Positions 1 to 14,467 of a DNA stretch of 64,000 bases are shown one piece after another. The notes beneath the pieces are model-generated. The model was not told where the DNA came from and did no database searches. It was given only the letters and a program-made list of their open reading frames with translations. A program made the position numbers and the translations under genes. The DNA is from Haliotis rubra. Lineage: Eukaryota. Every line of letters starts with the position of its first letter. Positions within the stretch are counted from its first letter, which is position 1. Location of the stretch: NCBI RefSeq assembly GCF_003918875.1, contig NW_025767603.1, positions 186,001-250,000 on the forward strand, written 5' to 3'.

Positions 1-171
1 CCAGGAAGTAACTAACAGTGTCTTGATAAAAGTAGAGAAGCCTTCTCAACCTGTGGTGTAACCGTGCGCATTTACACTGATAACTCGCACTCCACAGGAA
101 ACAGCGGAGACGAGCTGACAATGCCCCAACTGACAGCTGATTCCAAATGGACGTGACATGTCAGTGACATA

Positions 172-225
172 ATGGACAACGTGCAACAAGCAGATATGGA
201 CGACACCACACCTGAGAGGACAAAG
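172..225 (+). CDS. Putative first coding exon of the CARD-CC gene (MDNVQQADMDDTTPERTK)
   Basis: ATG at 172 follows an in-frame TGA (154-156). 18 codons end AAG|gtgaca in phase 0, matching the phase-0 acceptor at 17683. The same gtgaca donor is used at 33091. An upstream acceptor-like tccacag lies at ~97. No homology support. Confidence 0.4.
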
Positions 226-1074
226 GTGACACTTTACCTTTTCAATTCGTTTGCAGATAGGCTTACTAAAAATTGATGTTTCTCATGCACGTGGATAAAG
301 CATGGCATGAAATGAACAGGATTCAATCATTAATACTAACACATGAAAGTTACTGGAAGTTATTATTTTATTTATACCTGCACATGTGTATCATCAATTA
401 ATTTATTAACTTTTGCGATATCCAATATGATGGAATATCATTTGTTAAGTGAAACAGTTAATTGCTGTTATAAAGGCTCGACTATATTGGAGACCATGTA
501 CCGATATATTGTCTTCAATACTGAAAAAATTATCCAAAAGGAATCGAGCATGTTGGTTTCCAAGCTACTTTGCAAGGACAATAGTTTAAGATTTTTAAAG
601 TTTACCACAGGGTGCTCCTGAAGATGTTAAGTGTGCCATTAGGAATGTACTGGTGCTATTAACAAGAATATGTTTGAACCATCTGGCAGAAAGGGAACTA
701 CATAAATGCAAACATATTTCTATAAGGTAGTGTTCAGTTCAGATAGACGATTTAAATTGGGAATTTGACTGGCATTTCAATTGTGACTAACATTTGGGTT
801 GTCACCCCAAAGACGGGGGGTTCATGTTATTGCTGGAATATTGTTAAAAGTGGCGTAAAACTAAAACCCACTCACTCACTCACTCACTCAAACTCACTGT
901 GATTAACAATGATGCTGCAGCCTGTTCCATATTTTTTATTGTTTTGTTTTTTTAAACCTATACAATATAATCGTTCTAACCAATATCTTTATTCTTGGTG
1001 TGTCTTTTTTATTTGAGTTCACATACATGTATATGCATGTATATATGTATTGGTTGGTTAGTTCGCTGACATTA

Positions 1075-1560
1075 TACTGTCAGTGCATGGATACATTGAC
1101 TATTTGTGTAGGGTTGACCATAGTGTATGAATACAAGATATCACTGACCATTGTCAGTGCATAAATACAATGTCTCAATGATTAGTCTCAATGAATAGAT
1201 ACTTTGTGTCATTGACAGTTGTCAGTATAGATACAATTTACCATTGGCGGTGCATGGATACAGTGTGTTATTGACCATTGTCGGTGTAAGGATACAATGT
1301 GTTATTGACCATTGTCAGTGCATGGATACAATGTATCATTGACAATTGTTACTGCATGGATACACTGTGTCAGTGACAAGTTTCAGTGCATAGATAAAAT
1401 GTTTCACTGACCAGTGTCAGTGCATGGATACAATTAATCATTGACCGTTATCATTTGACACAAAGTATCATTAAACATTGTCAGTGCATGGATACAATGT
1501 ATCATTAAACATTGTCAGTGCATGGATACAATAATTAAGTGACCATTATCAGTACAATAA
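1075..1560. repeat. Degenerate ~33-bp minisatellite
   Basis: Variants of cattgaccattgtcagtgcatggatacaatgt. Confidence 0.8.
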
Positions 1561-3640
1561 TGGATGCATTGATGCTCTGAAAGAGCAGGGTCTTTGAATT
1601 CCATTAACACTAAATGTTTACATTATTCGGGATATTCAGTTGTAGGCATTGTGGAGGATGTTATTATGCAATCAAGAATTCATGATACACTGTATGTAGT
1701 ACCGCCAGGTTTACTGACACAAAATCCTCATTCAGAACAGCCAGTGAATTCCAGGTTCTGAATCTACAGCAACAACTGAGCATTGTGTCATCATAATGGC
1801 TGAATGTGTGTTATGTGATCCACTTTAGGAGATTATAAAACTGACATGAGTTATGTGTGACACATCTCAAACATATTCGTGTTACAGGATTAACTTTTTT
1901 GCATCAGCTTTTCAAGTCGTCAGTAGACATGTTTATGTGAGGTTTTATCATAGGACTTCATCCATGTGTGAGGTTCTCTGAAAAGACTGAATTCAGCCAG
2001 TATGTTATCATTAGACATCTTTGACATTGTCAGTGTGAGAGTTTGTCATGGAAACAAGTTCAAAACACAAACAGTTTTAACTTGAAATCAGGAAAATATG
2101 TTTTGGTGCTCATTTCAAATTTGCAATGCAAGGGTTGGCCTAAACACTCATATTTGTGACTTACAATTATCTGATGTTAAATGTTATGGTATCAACCAAC
2201 ATATGAGCCTGCAGCCAGAGTATAGGTGACTTGATGCTCACATAATGTGACTGTCAGCATATATGGTCTTGTTGGCAGTGTCTCAAGTCAGTTAGATTTC
2301 GTTGGTCAAAGTCACCAGACAATGACACTGACAGTAATACACATTGTCAGATAAGAACAACTGATTCATAAATCTTCAAAATCAAAACACCTCAATGGCA
2401 GTTCATGCATGATGTGTTGTTGAGAGTTTTGTTTCAAAGATACATCTTTAGACACATCATCATGGCAGCTTGTCATGATGTTTTTGGTTACTGTCTAATC
2501 ACTGAACAAGATTAAGAATAAGCCTTCACTTCGGTATATATGGCTTTTTTGAAAAGTCTTATGAATGACAGCAGATATACTGGGAGAATAATGCGAAAGT
2601 TTGTTTTGTCCATTGTGAAGATTTTTTACGCTATAAATGTAGTTTTTTCCATTTAGCATTCACACAGAAAGTTCAGTAGAAGATTGCTTGGGACGTATTA
2701 ATTCAACATACTTCCTTTTAGTTGTGTTACAATACAGCAGCACATTGTTGTATCACGATATAAGGCTCACAATACAATACCTCAATATACCACTCTTAAA
2801 CATATATGATTCATTGAATATGCACTTGATTTAGTTGTAGATTTCAGAAGTGAATCAGATCCCCCTCCTTTAATGGGTAGGTTTCATTTTCTGTCTGTAA
2901 ATTTGATGTGATGTATGGGTGTGAGTTGAGAGTTGAACCTACAGTTTAATATACATGGGAAGTAATATGAAGCTGATCATTTGTCAGATGAAGTTGACAT
3001 TAATACTGCTGTTGATTAGTTTCTGCAGCTTTTGCATTTTTGTGGGTGTTCAGCCAAGAGTATTTACTTCCGGGATAGGTGGTACATCGAAAAACAACCC
3101 ATTTGGTTTGATAATGAATGTAATGTATTGAAGCAAAAAGAAAAATACCTTTTTGATTTTACTCTGAATGTGTAAAACATTAATTTAAAAACATTATTTT
3201 AAAAATAAAAAGTCATTTTGTAATGCTTGTAATGATAATCGGCAACAGTATACAGATTATTTCATGGGTGAGATTAGTCTCCGGGAGTGTTGCTGTCAAG
3301 GATTCTAAGTATTTTCTAGAAAGATCATATCTCTGTCACATATGAAACTACATGTTTCGTCTGTATAGCCCAAATTTGGTTTGAATATTTTGAAATGTAA
3401 TTAAGTCCAGGAAGTGTAGATCAGCAATCTGCATTTGATGATTTGTTGATTGAGGTTACAGATTTCATTATGGACTGAGATATTGAAGAATGTGCAAGTT
3501 GTAAGTTGTAATAACTCCTAAGTTTATCTGGTGCAATTACTCAAGGGGAGATTCCAGCAGCTATTAATTCATTTAAGGAAAATAAATCCTCCGGTACAGA
3601 TGGTATACCCCCTGAATTATTAAAAAGGCTTCAATATTAA

Positions 3641-4721
3641 AGTACTGTCGGAAATGCTAGAAAAATGCTTTTTGACTTATATTTAAAATTCAGAGGTATT
3701 ACAGTTACTTAAATAACAAATATCACTTCAAGAAACATCTACCTAATGTAGACCGAGGGAATAAAGTTTGAGACGTGCCCTAAAATGTGTTTTTACTAAT
3801 GAAAATACCCAAAACTTAGAAAAATTAGAGGTAGTGGGACGTTATTTGATACAAACATTAACTGCCTGTGTTACGTCATCAGCATGTACGGTATCGACAG
3901 GTGAAATTGACATCTGAGCACACGCTCGGGGGAGGGGTCATCTCAATAGATGTTTTCTGCAAAACGTTGAATATGTGGACGTATAGCATACGTATCGGTT
4001 ATGTAAGGGATCATTTGTGTATGTGTGTTTGTTTTGAAATAAACATACGAATTACTGTACATTGGAAAGAATCCAATCACTTGTGTTATCTTATCGACTG
4101 ATTGTAGAAATGTGCAACGTTTTAATAAATGTTTTGCATGTCAACAGTATATTTCATTGAAAAAAATATGGATGTAATTCGGTCAGTTTAATCTAGTTGT
4201 GAACATTGGCCAAAGATTTAACGAAGTCACTGGTGTAGCTTCTTTAGAATATATATATTTTTCTTCAATCTTTGCAACAATCGACTGCAAATCATTGGCC
4301 ATAGTGGACGCTGTGATAAAGATGTGCATGCATGACGGGAAACTTATTTATCAAGACTTAACATTTATATTAAAATGTCTTCAATAAAGAAACGATAATT
4401 AAGTAAAGTAACACAAACATTCAACATTTATTTGTTTAGAAAAAACGTTAATTCATATTTTGACACCACCTGTATTATTAGCATAAATGTAAAGACTATT
4501 TCAGATTTCTGTTGTTGAACTCTGAAAAAATCTTAAGTTGCTGTTTAGGTACCAAATTCTCTCCTGTAAACTGCCCTTTAAATGCATGGGAATGTTAAAT
4601 CGATTGAAATAAAAATTAGGTAGACAATAGGCGAGTTGATATATTGACAACATAGTACATTTATCACCTTTATAAAGATGTTAAGGCTAAAAAGCATTTT
4701 TCTAGCATTTCCGACAGTACT
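3641..4721. mobile_element. Non-autonomous TIR element (TTAA|AG terminus, Kolobok-like) inserted in the LINE
   Basis: 33-bp TIR agtactgtcggaaatgctagaaaaatgcttttt / aaaaagcatttttctagcatttccgacagtact. Superfamily assignment is tentative. Confidence 0.75.
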
Positions 4722-5010
4722 ATAGTACCCTATTTTGAAGGTTAATTCACTGCACTTCTGGGATGCTAGTATTATAGTGGGGAGAACCAGCTGACCTCAG
4801 TAACTATCAAGGTATTTTGCTTTGTCGTCAGATCTATTTTGGGGGGTTAGAATTACAGAAGTATTATTGCTGAGTCTCGGGCAGGTTCAGGAGTAATTAA
4901 TCAGAAGTAGATAATATATTTAACCTTCAGTCACTGTGTCAAAAATATTTAAGAAAACATAAGCATCGTTTATATGTGGCATTTAATGATTTTCGTAAAG
5001 CATGCAAATA

Positions 5011-5420
5011 CAGTGGAAACCTGATAAGTAAAATTTCAAGGGACTCGCCAAAATTGTTTACTTATCAGGTATTTTACTTATCCAAACTTATAAAAACCTG
5101 CAAATGACAACCATATGCATGTATATGTATGCATATGTACCAATGGACCAATTAATCAGGGCTGGCCTCCGGTTGTCAGTGTATTGTCAACTGCGTGCTG
5201 CCAGCGAGCTGTAAGTAGGTGTTTAGCTGGTGACTGACACGTGCCCCTCATGTCGGATTATGTGGCGATCACTAATTTAGTTATCCAGTCTCTTTTGTTA
5301 AGTAATTTACTTCCAGGGACCGTGAGAAAACGTTTAGTTAAGCGGTATTGTTTACTTATCCGAGTTTAGTTAACCAGACTCTAATAGTGATAATTAATGA
5401 AGAAATTTGCTGGGACCAAA
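5011..5420 (+). mobile_element. Tc1/pogo-like MITE fragment (TA|CAGTGGAAAC), copy 1
   Basis: Near-identical to 14468-15012. Confidence 0.7.
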
Positions 5421-5854
5421 GCTATTTATACACCTTGTCAATGGGTTAGTGCCGGAGCTCAAACAGAGTGGTATATCAGGTATACATGTTCTTGAAACTA
5501 CATTTAGTTATGTTTGCAGACGATCTTGTCTTGATGGATGGTTCTGTGATTAGTTTGCAAAGAAAGATATATATTTTATGTGTTCAGAAACAGTGCACTG
5601 TATGTGTTTTGGTCTATACAGCACTATGGGTCGCATGGTCTCAAACACAAATAGACTTGTCACTTGTCTTGATTCATTACATTAGAAATTATTTTGATGT
5701 AAACACTTGAATACTGAGTGTCCCCAAGCTTATAAGTTTCTCCCCTTAATATCCCGTCTTTGCTATCTGAAATTCAGTGTTGTGTTTCTCCAACAAAAAG
5801 GGAAGGAATATGAACTTACAAAAGAAAAATATTGCATCAGGATTCAAATCTTAT

Positions 5855-6128
5855 CACACTCATATTACCTGGATGATGTATCACACTCATATTACCGGGA
5901 TACATATCACACTCATATTACCCAGATACATATCACACCCATATTACCGGGATACATATCACACTTGTATTACCAGGATGCATATCACACTCATATTACC
6001 TGGATATGTATCACACTCATATTGCCGGGATACATATCACACTCATATTACCTGGATACATATCACACTTATATTACCTGGATACATATCACACTTATAT
6101 TACCAGGATACATATCACACTTATATAC
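5855..6128. repeat. 26-bp minisatellite, block 1
   Basis: (tcacactcatattaccgggatacata)n. Confidence 0.95.
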
Positions 6129-6548
6129 TACCCATCAAAAGTTTAGACTCACTAGTGTAAATGTAGCCACTTACTTGTCCACTGTTCTAAACTAGCTTTT
6201 TGCAAAATATTCCATACTGTTTAAAGGTACTGTTTAGTTATGAACTGGTGTATTGTAAAACATATTCGTAACATTGAAAAGATTATTGTCATGAGTTCAG
6301 TAAATGATTAAAATCTGTGAAAATTGGCGAATTCTTAACAAAACTTTACACCAAAACGAATCTGTTCACATGCACGACATTTGCTCATGCCTTTCGCAAT
6401 TTGAAGCATCATCCTTGTGCAATTCATCTGCATAAGGTTTTCAGTTGGTTCCCCCAAGTTGGTGGAGAAATTCATCTTCGATGTAACCACATACATATAC
6501 ATAACATATAGTGAGTGCTTTCAGTGAGTCTAAACTTTTGATGGGTAG

Positions 6549-7024
6549 TATATTACCAGGATACCTATCACACTTATATTACCGGGATACATATCACACT
6601 CATATTACTGGGATACATATCACACTTATATTACCAAGATACATATACATATCACACTTATATTACCGGGATACATATCACACTCATATTACCCAGATAC
6701 GTATCACACTCATATTACCGGGATACATATCACACTCATATTACCCAGATACATATCACACATATATTACTGGGATACATATCACACTCATATTACCAGG
6801 ATACATATCACACACACTTATGTTACCGGGATACATATCACACTCATATTACCGGGATACATATCACACTCATATTACCGGGATACATATCACACTCATA
6901 TTACTGGGATACATATCACACTTATATTACCGGGATACATATCACACTTATATTACCGGGATACATATCACACTTATATTACCAGGATACGTATCACACT
7001 CATATTATTGGGATACGTATCATA
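6549..7024. repeat. 26-bp minisatellite, block 2
   Basis: Same unit as block 1, separated by ~420 bp of unrelated sequence. Confidence 0.95.
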
Positions 7025-7061
7025 CTTTGGCTTCACTGCATCTTTCTTTAGATACAACCAA

Positions 7062-7137
7062 TGCAATCCCCGGTATCGGTAGCTCAGGTCTTGACCTGAT
7101 GACTATCGACGCCTTGGCCAAGGTGCTGTTGAGTGTG
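7062..7137 (+). mobile_element. Small fragment homologous to the repeat unit of the 15.5-17.6-kb DIRS copy
   Basis: IPGIGSSGLDLMTIDALAKVLLSV vs IPGAVSSGLGLMSIDALAKRPLSV, with nucleotide similarity. Confidence 0.7.
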
Positions 7138-7467
7138 TTGTTCATTATGTCACCCACTGGTTTGCCCCTTACAGACATAATCATTAAGGTACAAGGGGTG
7201 TTGCACTAGTGTTTACTTAAATTTTATGACAAAACAGACAATTTCTTATTGATGACGTCCTTAGTATATTCAGGATGAAAATTTTCCGCGGATTTGACTG
7301 CACTGGGTCATTGGATCTGGCATGGGGACCTACAGCCCTTAACACCCACGGCTCATTTTCTTCTTTTTTCACTCATACCCATTCTCATCCCTGTGTATTG
7401 TAACAGTGACAGTTGGCGTTGATCCTTATTCTGTGTCAAGCAAGACTTGAAAATGAATGTGGTACAG

Positions 7468-7701
7468 TGAGGGAGTGAGTTAAGTTTTACTCTGCACTCA
7501 GCAATATTCCAGCTATATGGCAGTAGTCTGTAAATAATCGAGTCTGGACCAGACAATCCTGTGATCAACAGCATGAGCATCGATCTGCGCAATTGGGAAC
7601 CGTTGACATGTGTCAACCAAGCCAGCGAGCCTGACCATCCGATCCCGTTAGTCGCCTCTCATGGGTTACTGAAGGTTCATTCTATCCTGGACCTTCATGG
7701 G
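7468..7701 (-). mobile_element. SINE-like element, family A, (ACTC)n tail
   Basis: 14-bp TSD tgaatgtggtacag. Homologous to 18390-18635 and 61626-61953. Confidence 0.88.
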
Positions 7702-7896
7702 TGAATGTGGTACAGAACTGTATATGGTGGTGACGGACTGACAGTAACAACAATACCTCACATGATGGGGACTAACATGAGTAGGTTACCAGGTACCAGT
7801 AATTACAGCTAGAGGATTATAAATGATGGAAGTCAATTACACAGGATGAAATAACTGGGGTGAGATGACTGGAAGCATGATTGATTTGATGTTCAT

Positions 7897-8300
7897 CAGG
7901 GTTGGGCAATAATACCGGTTAACCGGTATATTGCAATTTGAACTTCACAATACGATATATTGCGGTACATTTTTCGCGAACCGGTTCACCCAATACGATC
8001 GGCAAGTTCAGTGACCATGATCGGTAATGTTATGTAGTAAAAGATACTAATAACATTTGTATTTCCTTTATGTTAGTATGCAATAGTTTTGAGAATGGTC
8101 ATATAATTGCAATTTTGCATGACTTTTAAACCATATTAAAGAAAAAAATAGATTGGTACCGGCACTCATTGTTTTGATAAACAAACCAAAATGGCGGATG
8201 CCGAAGCAGACGCCTTTTCTCGAGGTCCAAACTTTAGAGTGAAGTCATCAATTTGGAAACATTTTCAATTGATCTCTTGTACAATCACATCTGAGTCCTG
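7897..8300 (+). mobile_element. hAT-like 5' end with BED-finger start remnant
   Basis: CAGGGTTGGGCAATA terminus. ATG 8191 gives MADAEADAFSRGPNFRVKSSIWKHF, where SxxWKHF is BED-like. Confidence 0.45.
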
Positions 8301-8493
8301 CCAGTGGCATTGTTTCAATAGAAAGGAAACAATAATTTCACTACCTTAAACCATGTGTTACACTTTAACTGTGGACTGAAAGAATGAGACAATCAAAATT
8401 GTGGCCGATTGTGTCGGTATAATTTTTATATTTGTAAACGTAGTGTTTTGGTTCTTACCATTGCATTCAGCACACAAATATTGGTCCAGTACC

Positions 8494-8772
8494 AATCTCA
8501 GAATTTTATTCAACTTAGGATAAAAGTTGTTTAACAAACGATCACGTTTGCTATTATTGGTTTGTATTACAAGGGGGTATGCACATCAAATGAAACACCA
8601 AGAACAACATGAGTTGTTCGGAGTAAACGCTCTTCATGTACCGCACGTGCATTTGTTTGACTGTTCCAACTACTGCGCTTACCCCTTTGTAATGCAAACC
8701 AGTAATATCGATTTGAATCTATGATCATTTGTTAAACAACTTTTATCCTAAGTTGAATAAAATTCTGAGATT
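8494..8772. mobile_element. MITE with ~50-bp inverted repeats
   Basis: aatctcagaattttattcaacttaggataaaagttgtttaacaaa and its reverse complement at 8728-8772. Confidence 0.75.
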
Positions 8773-8829
8773 TAAATGTTCAGTTGGCAAGGTAAAATTA
8801 TGAGGATTCGCAATCTTAATTTCACTTTA

Positions 8830-9702
8830 TTATATCCCTGCTACGAAGTAACGGGGGTATACATGTATAGCGTTCATTCTGTCCGTCCGTCCGTCCAGAA
8901 ACTTTGTCCGGAGCATATTTCTTAAAGTTTACATGCTAGGTTCACCAAACTTCACACACATGTTAATCATTACCCATTGATGTGCCTTTTGCTATTTTAA
9001 AGTTTTTTCAGAATTTAGTTTTTTTGCTGTTTCCATGGAAACACGACTTAGGCTGTGACTATGAGGATGTCATCTTGTCCGGAGCAGATCTTCCAAACTA
9101 TACATGCTAGCTTCATCAAACTTGGTACACATATCAAGCATGATCCCTAGATGTGCCTTTTGGGGTTTAGATCCAGATATGAATTGTATTTTTTGCTGTT
9201 TCCATGGAAACATGACTTAGTGCCAAATGTGTTCGATTATTTTGTCCGGAGCATATCTCTTAAAGTTTACATGCTAGGTTCATGCTAGGTACATGCAAAA
9301 TGTATTTGATGGTTACCTGACCACGGCATCATCATCGAAACTATACATGCTAGGTTCACCAAACGTAATACACAAGTTAATCATGACCCACAGATATGCC
9401 ATGTGCTAAAAAATAGCAATCTTCATCTACGTCCACTTCATTGTGTGCAACATGAGACAGTCAAGTTCAATTGTATGTCAGGTTTCCACGGAAAACACAA
9501 AAAAATCTAGTTTCCATAAATTATTACCGTAATCAGTACATGCCAAAACTATTATCTAACATCTATATAAAGTTTAGTAGAGTCAAAGAGAAAGTCTTGT
9601 GAGCTGCTGATCCTTGTCACATTATATATAGCAATATCAGTCATTTCCATGTCCCAAAGTGGGAAGCGGGGGTATGTGAGCTTTGCTCACTTCTACACTT
9701 GT
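8830..9702 (+). mobile_element. Helentron-associated non-autonomous element (HINE/DINE-1-like)
   Basis: 5' subTIR ttatatccc, (GTCC)n, central ~160-bp tandem units, 3' gggggtat followed by hairpin gtgagc-ttt-gctcac, T-rich flanks. Confidence 0.75.
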
Positions 9703-10849
9703 TTGTTTTACTTTTTTGTTTAAAGTGAAATTCATCGGTACGTTTTCACTGCAAACAGACTATAGACTAAGGTCATATATGTCTTGTTGCTTTTTTAAAA
9801 TGACAAAAGAACATGGAAATTGAAAGAGATTAATATTTCTAATATAAGTAAGGTTTAGGGATACCACTTAGTTGATAATGATTGTTATATTTCACTCTGA
9901 GAGCTAAGTTCACAATGAACTATTTGCTTTACCCAGATAACATAAAAAACAAAGGAAATTACTGTTTGTTTTAGTTTCAAGAGGGTATTATTCACTTATA
10001 GTCTCTTAGCAGCAGGTGAACACATGCCTTAGCTCCAGGGCCTGGTAAGCAAGATTCCTGCACTTTGCACCATGGTATTGCCATGGCCACTTACTTTGCT
10101 GGCAATGATAAAACATGGTTGTTTCAAAGTTGAAATAAATTGCAAATGAAAAATGTAGATTCATAAGTTTGCATTCCATATCTCAGTAACAAATATGGGA
10201 ACATTAGGGAATTGTAATGCTGTTGTGTCAATAGCATTGTATGGATAGTATTGTATCAAATTCGCTGCGGTGTTTTAGGCCCATTTTGGGTGAAAATCGA
10301 GATAGACATTTCTTTACGTAGTTTGAGGTAAATTCTACCTTCAATTTGGCAAGATAAAATGCATGGGAAATGTGTTTGGTAGAGTTTGAATAATGTTCTA
10401 TCCAGCCTTGCAGGTGTGTATTGGAACAAAAGTATTTTGTGAAAACTCTTCATTTGGTCATGTGACTTTGAGATAGAACTGCTTGAAATGGGGTTTATGC
10501 CCGGACTGCCGACAACAAGAAATAATCCGTCCAAATTACTTGACAGTCCGGGAAAAGGGAGGTGATGTTCTACATGAGTGACTTCACTCCCAGTGTCATC
10601 GAAATTAACAAACCAATTAAAACAGAGTGTGATATATATAGTAGACAACATAGTTATTCAGTCAATATAACAACATGCATGTATCATATGTCACACAATA
10701 TAACATATTTGTATATATATTTCATAATGCTCACACAATATATTTGGGTGTGTGTTTTATATAAACAAGTGATTTCTGCAGGTGTATAAGTAATAAATAT
10801 ATAAAAGATGAGTCCAGTTATTTCTTCTTGCCAAAACTCCTTTATATAT

Positions 10850-10990
10850 GGACAGGTTGCATCTGTACATCTCCAGTATGTTTTTTGAGCTCTGTGTCTG
10901 TTGACTCTGTACTTGAATCCATTGTGGTAAAGATTCTGACCTCTATGAATTTTGTCAATCAATGTAACGAGCACCATAGCGTTTGCCATT
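10850..10990 (-). pseudogene. FLYWCH zinc-finger fragment, probably the N-terminus of a Mutator-like transposase
   Basis: RGQNLYHNGFKYRVNRHRAQKTYWRCTDATCP. Confidence 0.65.
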
Positions 10991-13017
10991 TTGACATGGG
11001 TAACAAAATATTCATGATCTATTACATATACCCAAATGCTTAATGTTTACAACAGCATTTCGATAATCCTTCTCCCAATATCACAAAATAATTTGTAAGC
11101 TCTCTGTTTCTTTCCGGATGTTGTTGCATGTTAAACTCCAAAATGGTAATCCTTCCACTCGCATAACGTAAAATAATGGTCTGTTTTTGCAACCTTAATT
11201 CTCTTGCAAATTGTTAAAAAAACATTCTTTTTAATCAACTTAATTCATTTACTCATGATACGAGCATAGCTGTAGCCGCCATAGCCACTTGCAAACCGCT
11301 AAGCAAACATTCTCTTTCATTAATTAAAACCGTCACGGTATGTTGACCACGCGATGTCGACACTCCGGGTTTTTTGTTTTGTCGATGGTTAGCAACATCC
11401 TATTTTTCATTTGTCGACAGATCGGGCTGACACCTGAAATGGCAAGAGACAAAGCTTGCGAGTTGAGATTTTCATGTTTTCAATATATTTCAGAGCCCTT
11501 GTTAGACTGCCATGTTAATTTTGCCTGATATTGACCTGTTGAATGTTTCACTATATGAAGACAGGCTCTTCAACTTTCCATATTTACCACCTTTGAAGGT
11601 TTTGTTATAATTAATCACCTTAGAGTTGTTGTGAAGTTGTATTTGAAGGTATTAATTTAAAGATGAAATTGGAGCTGTAAACAATGACTCTAGTCTGTTA
11701 AGTTTGACATGATTAATATCTGAAATTTTATGTCATCCCTTATTATTTTCTATATTATGATACATGTACTTCAAGAATTACAACAATTTACAAATTTGAA
11801 CTTTTTACATTGTAATAATAGCACTGTATCAATAACATTGTTTTTGTTTATTGTTTAACGCTGCACTCAGCAATATTCCAGTATTATGATGGCATTGTAT
11901 TAATATCAGTGTATCAATGGCAGAGTATCAGTAGTATTTTATTAAAAGCATTTTATCAGCAGCAGTATATCAATAATATGTCAATAGTATTGGTAATCAG
12001 CATTGAAACATATGCAGGGGGCTTTTTTCTCCAAGAATTAATGTTGACATGAAATAAAAGTAGTCAAGTTATTGAGCAGGTCATTTTTTGTTTAAAAGAA
12101 TTATTCATTTAATGAAGCTTGTTTTACTGCTGGATTAATGATACTACCCCTGTGTAGCGGATAATGTTACAACTGTAACTATACAGATAGGTTATGATTT
12201 TAACATCCGGGTTTCCTTCCATAGCGACAACAAAGCTTAATCATTGTTTAAACACTACAAAGAATATCAAACTTTCCTCAATTAAGATATTTTTGAACAG
12301 CCAATGGAAAGTTGTTGTAATTTCCTGTTAGCCAGAAATATGAAGGAAAAGATTCTTTAATGATTTGTGAAATATATTTCCTTAGAGCAGCAGGTTGACA
12401 CGTGAAAGGGCCTCACCCCAGATGGGTGTTGTTCTTAACAGACAAATATTATAAGTGGTCGTCATGTATTTTCATATCTATAAAACCATGGTTTGTTTGG
12501 CGTGAAACAAAATCTCGTCATCTTTGCAACTAGCACATCCATATTGATGATGTGTCATTTACTAAATACATAAACCATCTTTGTTTCGGTAAACTGAACT
12601 CTGCCAGTGTTTCTTACATCAGTTATAAATATATTTCCTGAACATGTCTTTAAAATAAGTGACATCATTCCAGTTTTGTTGAGACTTCATTGTACATATA
12701 ATGCTATCAAAACTCTTCAGTGTGATGAAACATGATGGCCAAAAATGATCTGTAAAATATTTTAATAGGTTGATGTTCAGGAGGTGACCTGTTGACTATA
12801 AACTTCAACTCACTCACTCAGGAGGTGACCTGAGGCTTTGGTAGGTCTATTTACACATGACATATTGCTTGAAGACGGGACGCAGTTACAATAATTCTTA
12901 TACCATTCTAAAAATACAAACTACCAGAGATCTAGACCCCTTCCCAACAATGACCACAATGCTATCATAATCCCTAAGCTTCAGCATATACAATACTTCT
13001 GAACTCACACTATATCA

Positions 13018-13674
13018 CATTCTCTTCCCACAGAGGTTACTTGGCATATCTTCCTACGAACCTCTGTTCTAATACTGCTATATTTCCCTGTTCTGGTAAA
13101 ATCCCCTAGCAGCAAAAAATCGCAACACGAATTATCGCCCTTCTTTCTATCCAATCAGAACACGTGTTACATCAACTAAGATCCAACTTGACTAATACAA
13201 GCAAATGTGTGGCCACAAATATCCTTCCTCTGCTGGGGACATGTGTTCAAGTGACTCACAAGACATTTAATGGCTAGATTGTTCGTTGTCAACGAGGTCG
13301 ATAATTGATATGAAGGGTGGATTTTGTCCATTTTTTTGTTAAGAAGAGGTGGATTTTGTCCGGGGTGGCAATTTTGGGGTGGATTTTGTCCGGGTGGATT
13401 TTGTCCGGTCACCAATTGATATCCATCATTACATGACTGTGTTCTGTCTAGAAGAAAGGTTTGCGCATTGCGCAGGGGAAGAGGTTTTAGTTTTCCCAAA
13501 GCGTGCGGAAATAACCGAGACCTTGCGAATGATCACATTTGAAACGTCACTGATTGCACAACTAAATCTGATTGCAACCAATCACGAATCCTGAACACTC
13601 ACACCATGATAGGGCCGTATTAGAACAGATGTTCGTAAGAACATATGACAAGTAGCCTCTGTGGGAAGAGAATG
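13018..13674. mobile_element. MITE with ~57-bp imperfect TIRs and a nested ggattttgtcc-repeat fragment
   Basis: cattctcttcccacagagg...ctgttctaatac / gtattagaacag...cctctgtgggaagagaatg. Mutator-like subterminal repeats at 13319-13408. Confidence 0.75.
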
Positions 13675-14467
13675 ACTATATCACTGTCATCAGACACTCA
13701 TCTAGGTCTCTGAATTTACTGTGCTTGAAAGTCAAACTGAGAAAAATTATTTTGATTAAAATAGTTTTTCTTGTTTCAGTAAAAACTTAATTTATTTCCC
13801 ACATACTGCTTGTTTTCGAGTTCTGTACATGTCAACATATAATGTAAAGTCAGCCTAAAGAAGATCTGTCATGTGACCACCAGGAATTTACCCGATGTGA
13901 AACCCTGCATCCTACATGCATAAAAATCGCAAATGAACACAAAAGAATTACATACTGCTGCCACTGGGATACAGACAGTTTGTAGGTCTTAAGAATTTTT
14001 GTAGCTTTTTCATAATTTGATACCACATAAACAATTAAGTAGTTCCAGTGCTCGCACTTGCATTTGGGGAATTTCATGTCTATACGTCACTTACAGCTGA
14101 TGAGCATGCCCATTTTGACATCACTTTCTTAGATTATGCATTAGGAGTCATGGCATGGTTAAACAACTACATGTGCAAGTTTGTTTTTGGCGGGGCATGT
14201 TTGAGTACGCCTTCAAGCACAAAGAAGGACAAAGTTTACACATGATATTACATATTACATACGATAAAAAGAAGCAAAGAATTAAGCTGTTTATGGACTT
14301 AAAATTGTATTCAATGTTTGACATTTCTCTGGGAAACCAATTTTCTGAACTAGGACTCATACACTTCAAGTTTGTTAGTCCTCTGCGGGGTATTACACGA
14401 TGCGCAAATGTGCACCCAGTATGCAGAGGAATGCACTATATTATTCACTGTGCCCACAACACATCTA

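Larger units (their letters stand above)
2850..5575 (+). pseudogene. Decayed non-LTR retrotransposon (LINE) ORF2, interrupted by two DNA elements
   Basis: Ordered motif remnants: PIWFDNEC (~3098), KSSGTDGIPPELLK (~3584), DFRKA (~4988), MFADDLVL (~5510). Many stops. Confidence 0.75.

Noticed and set aside
5707-7209. His/Tyr-rich ORFs
   Set aside because: Translations of the 26-bp minisatellite.
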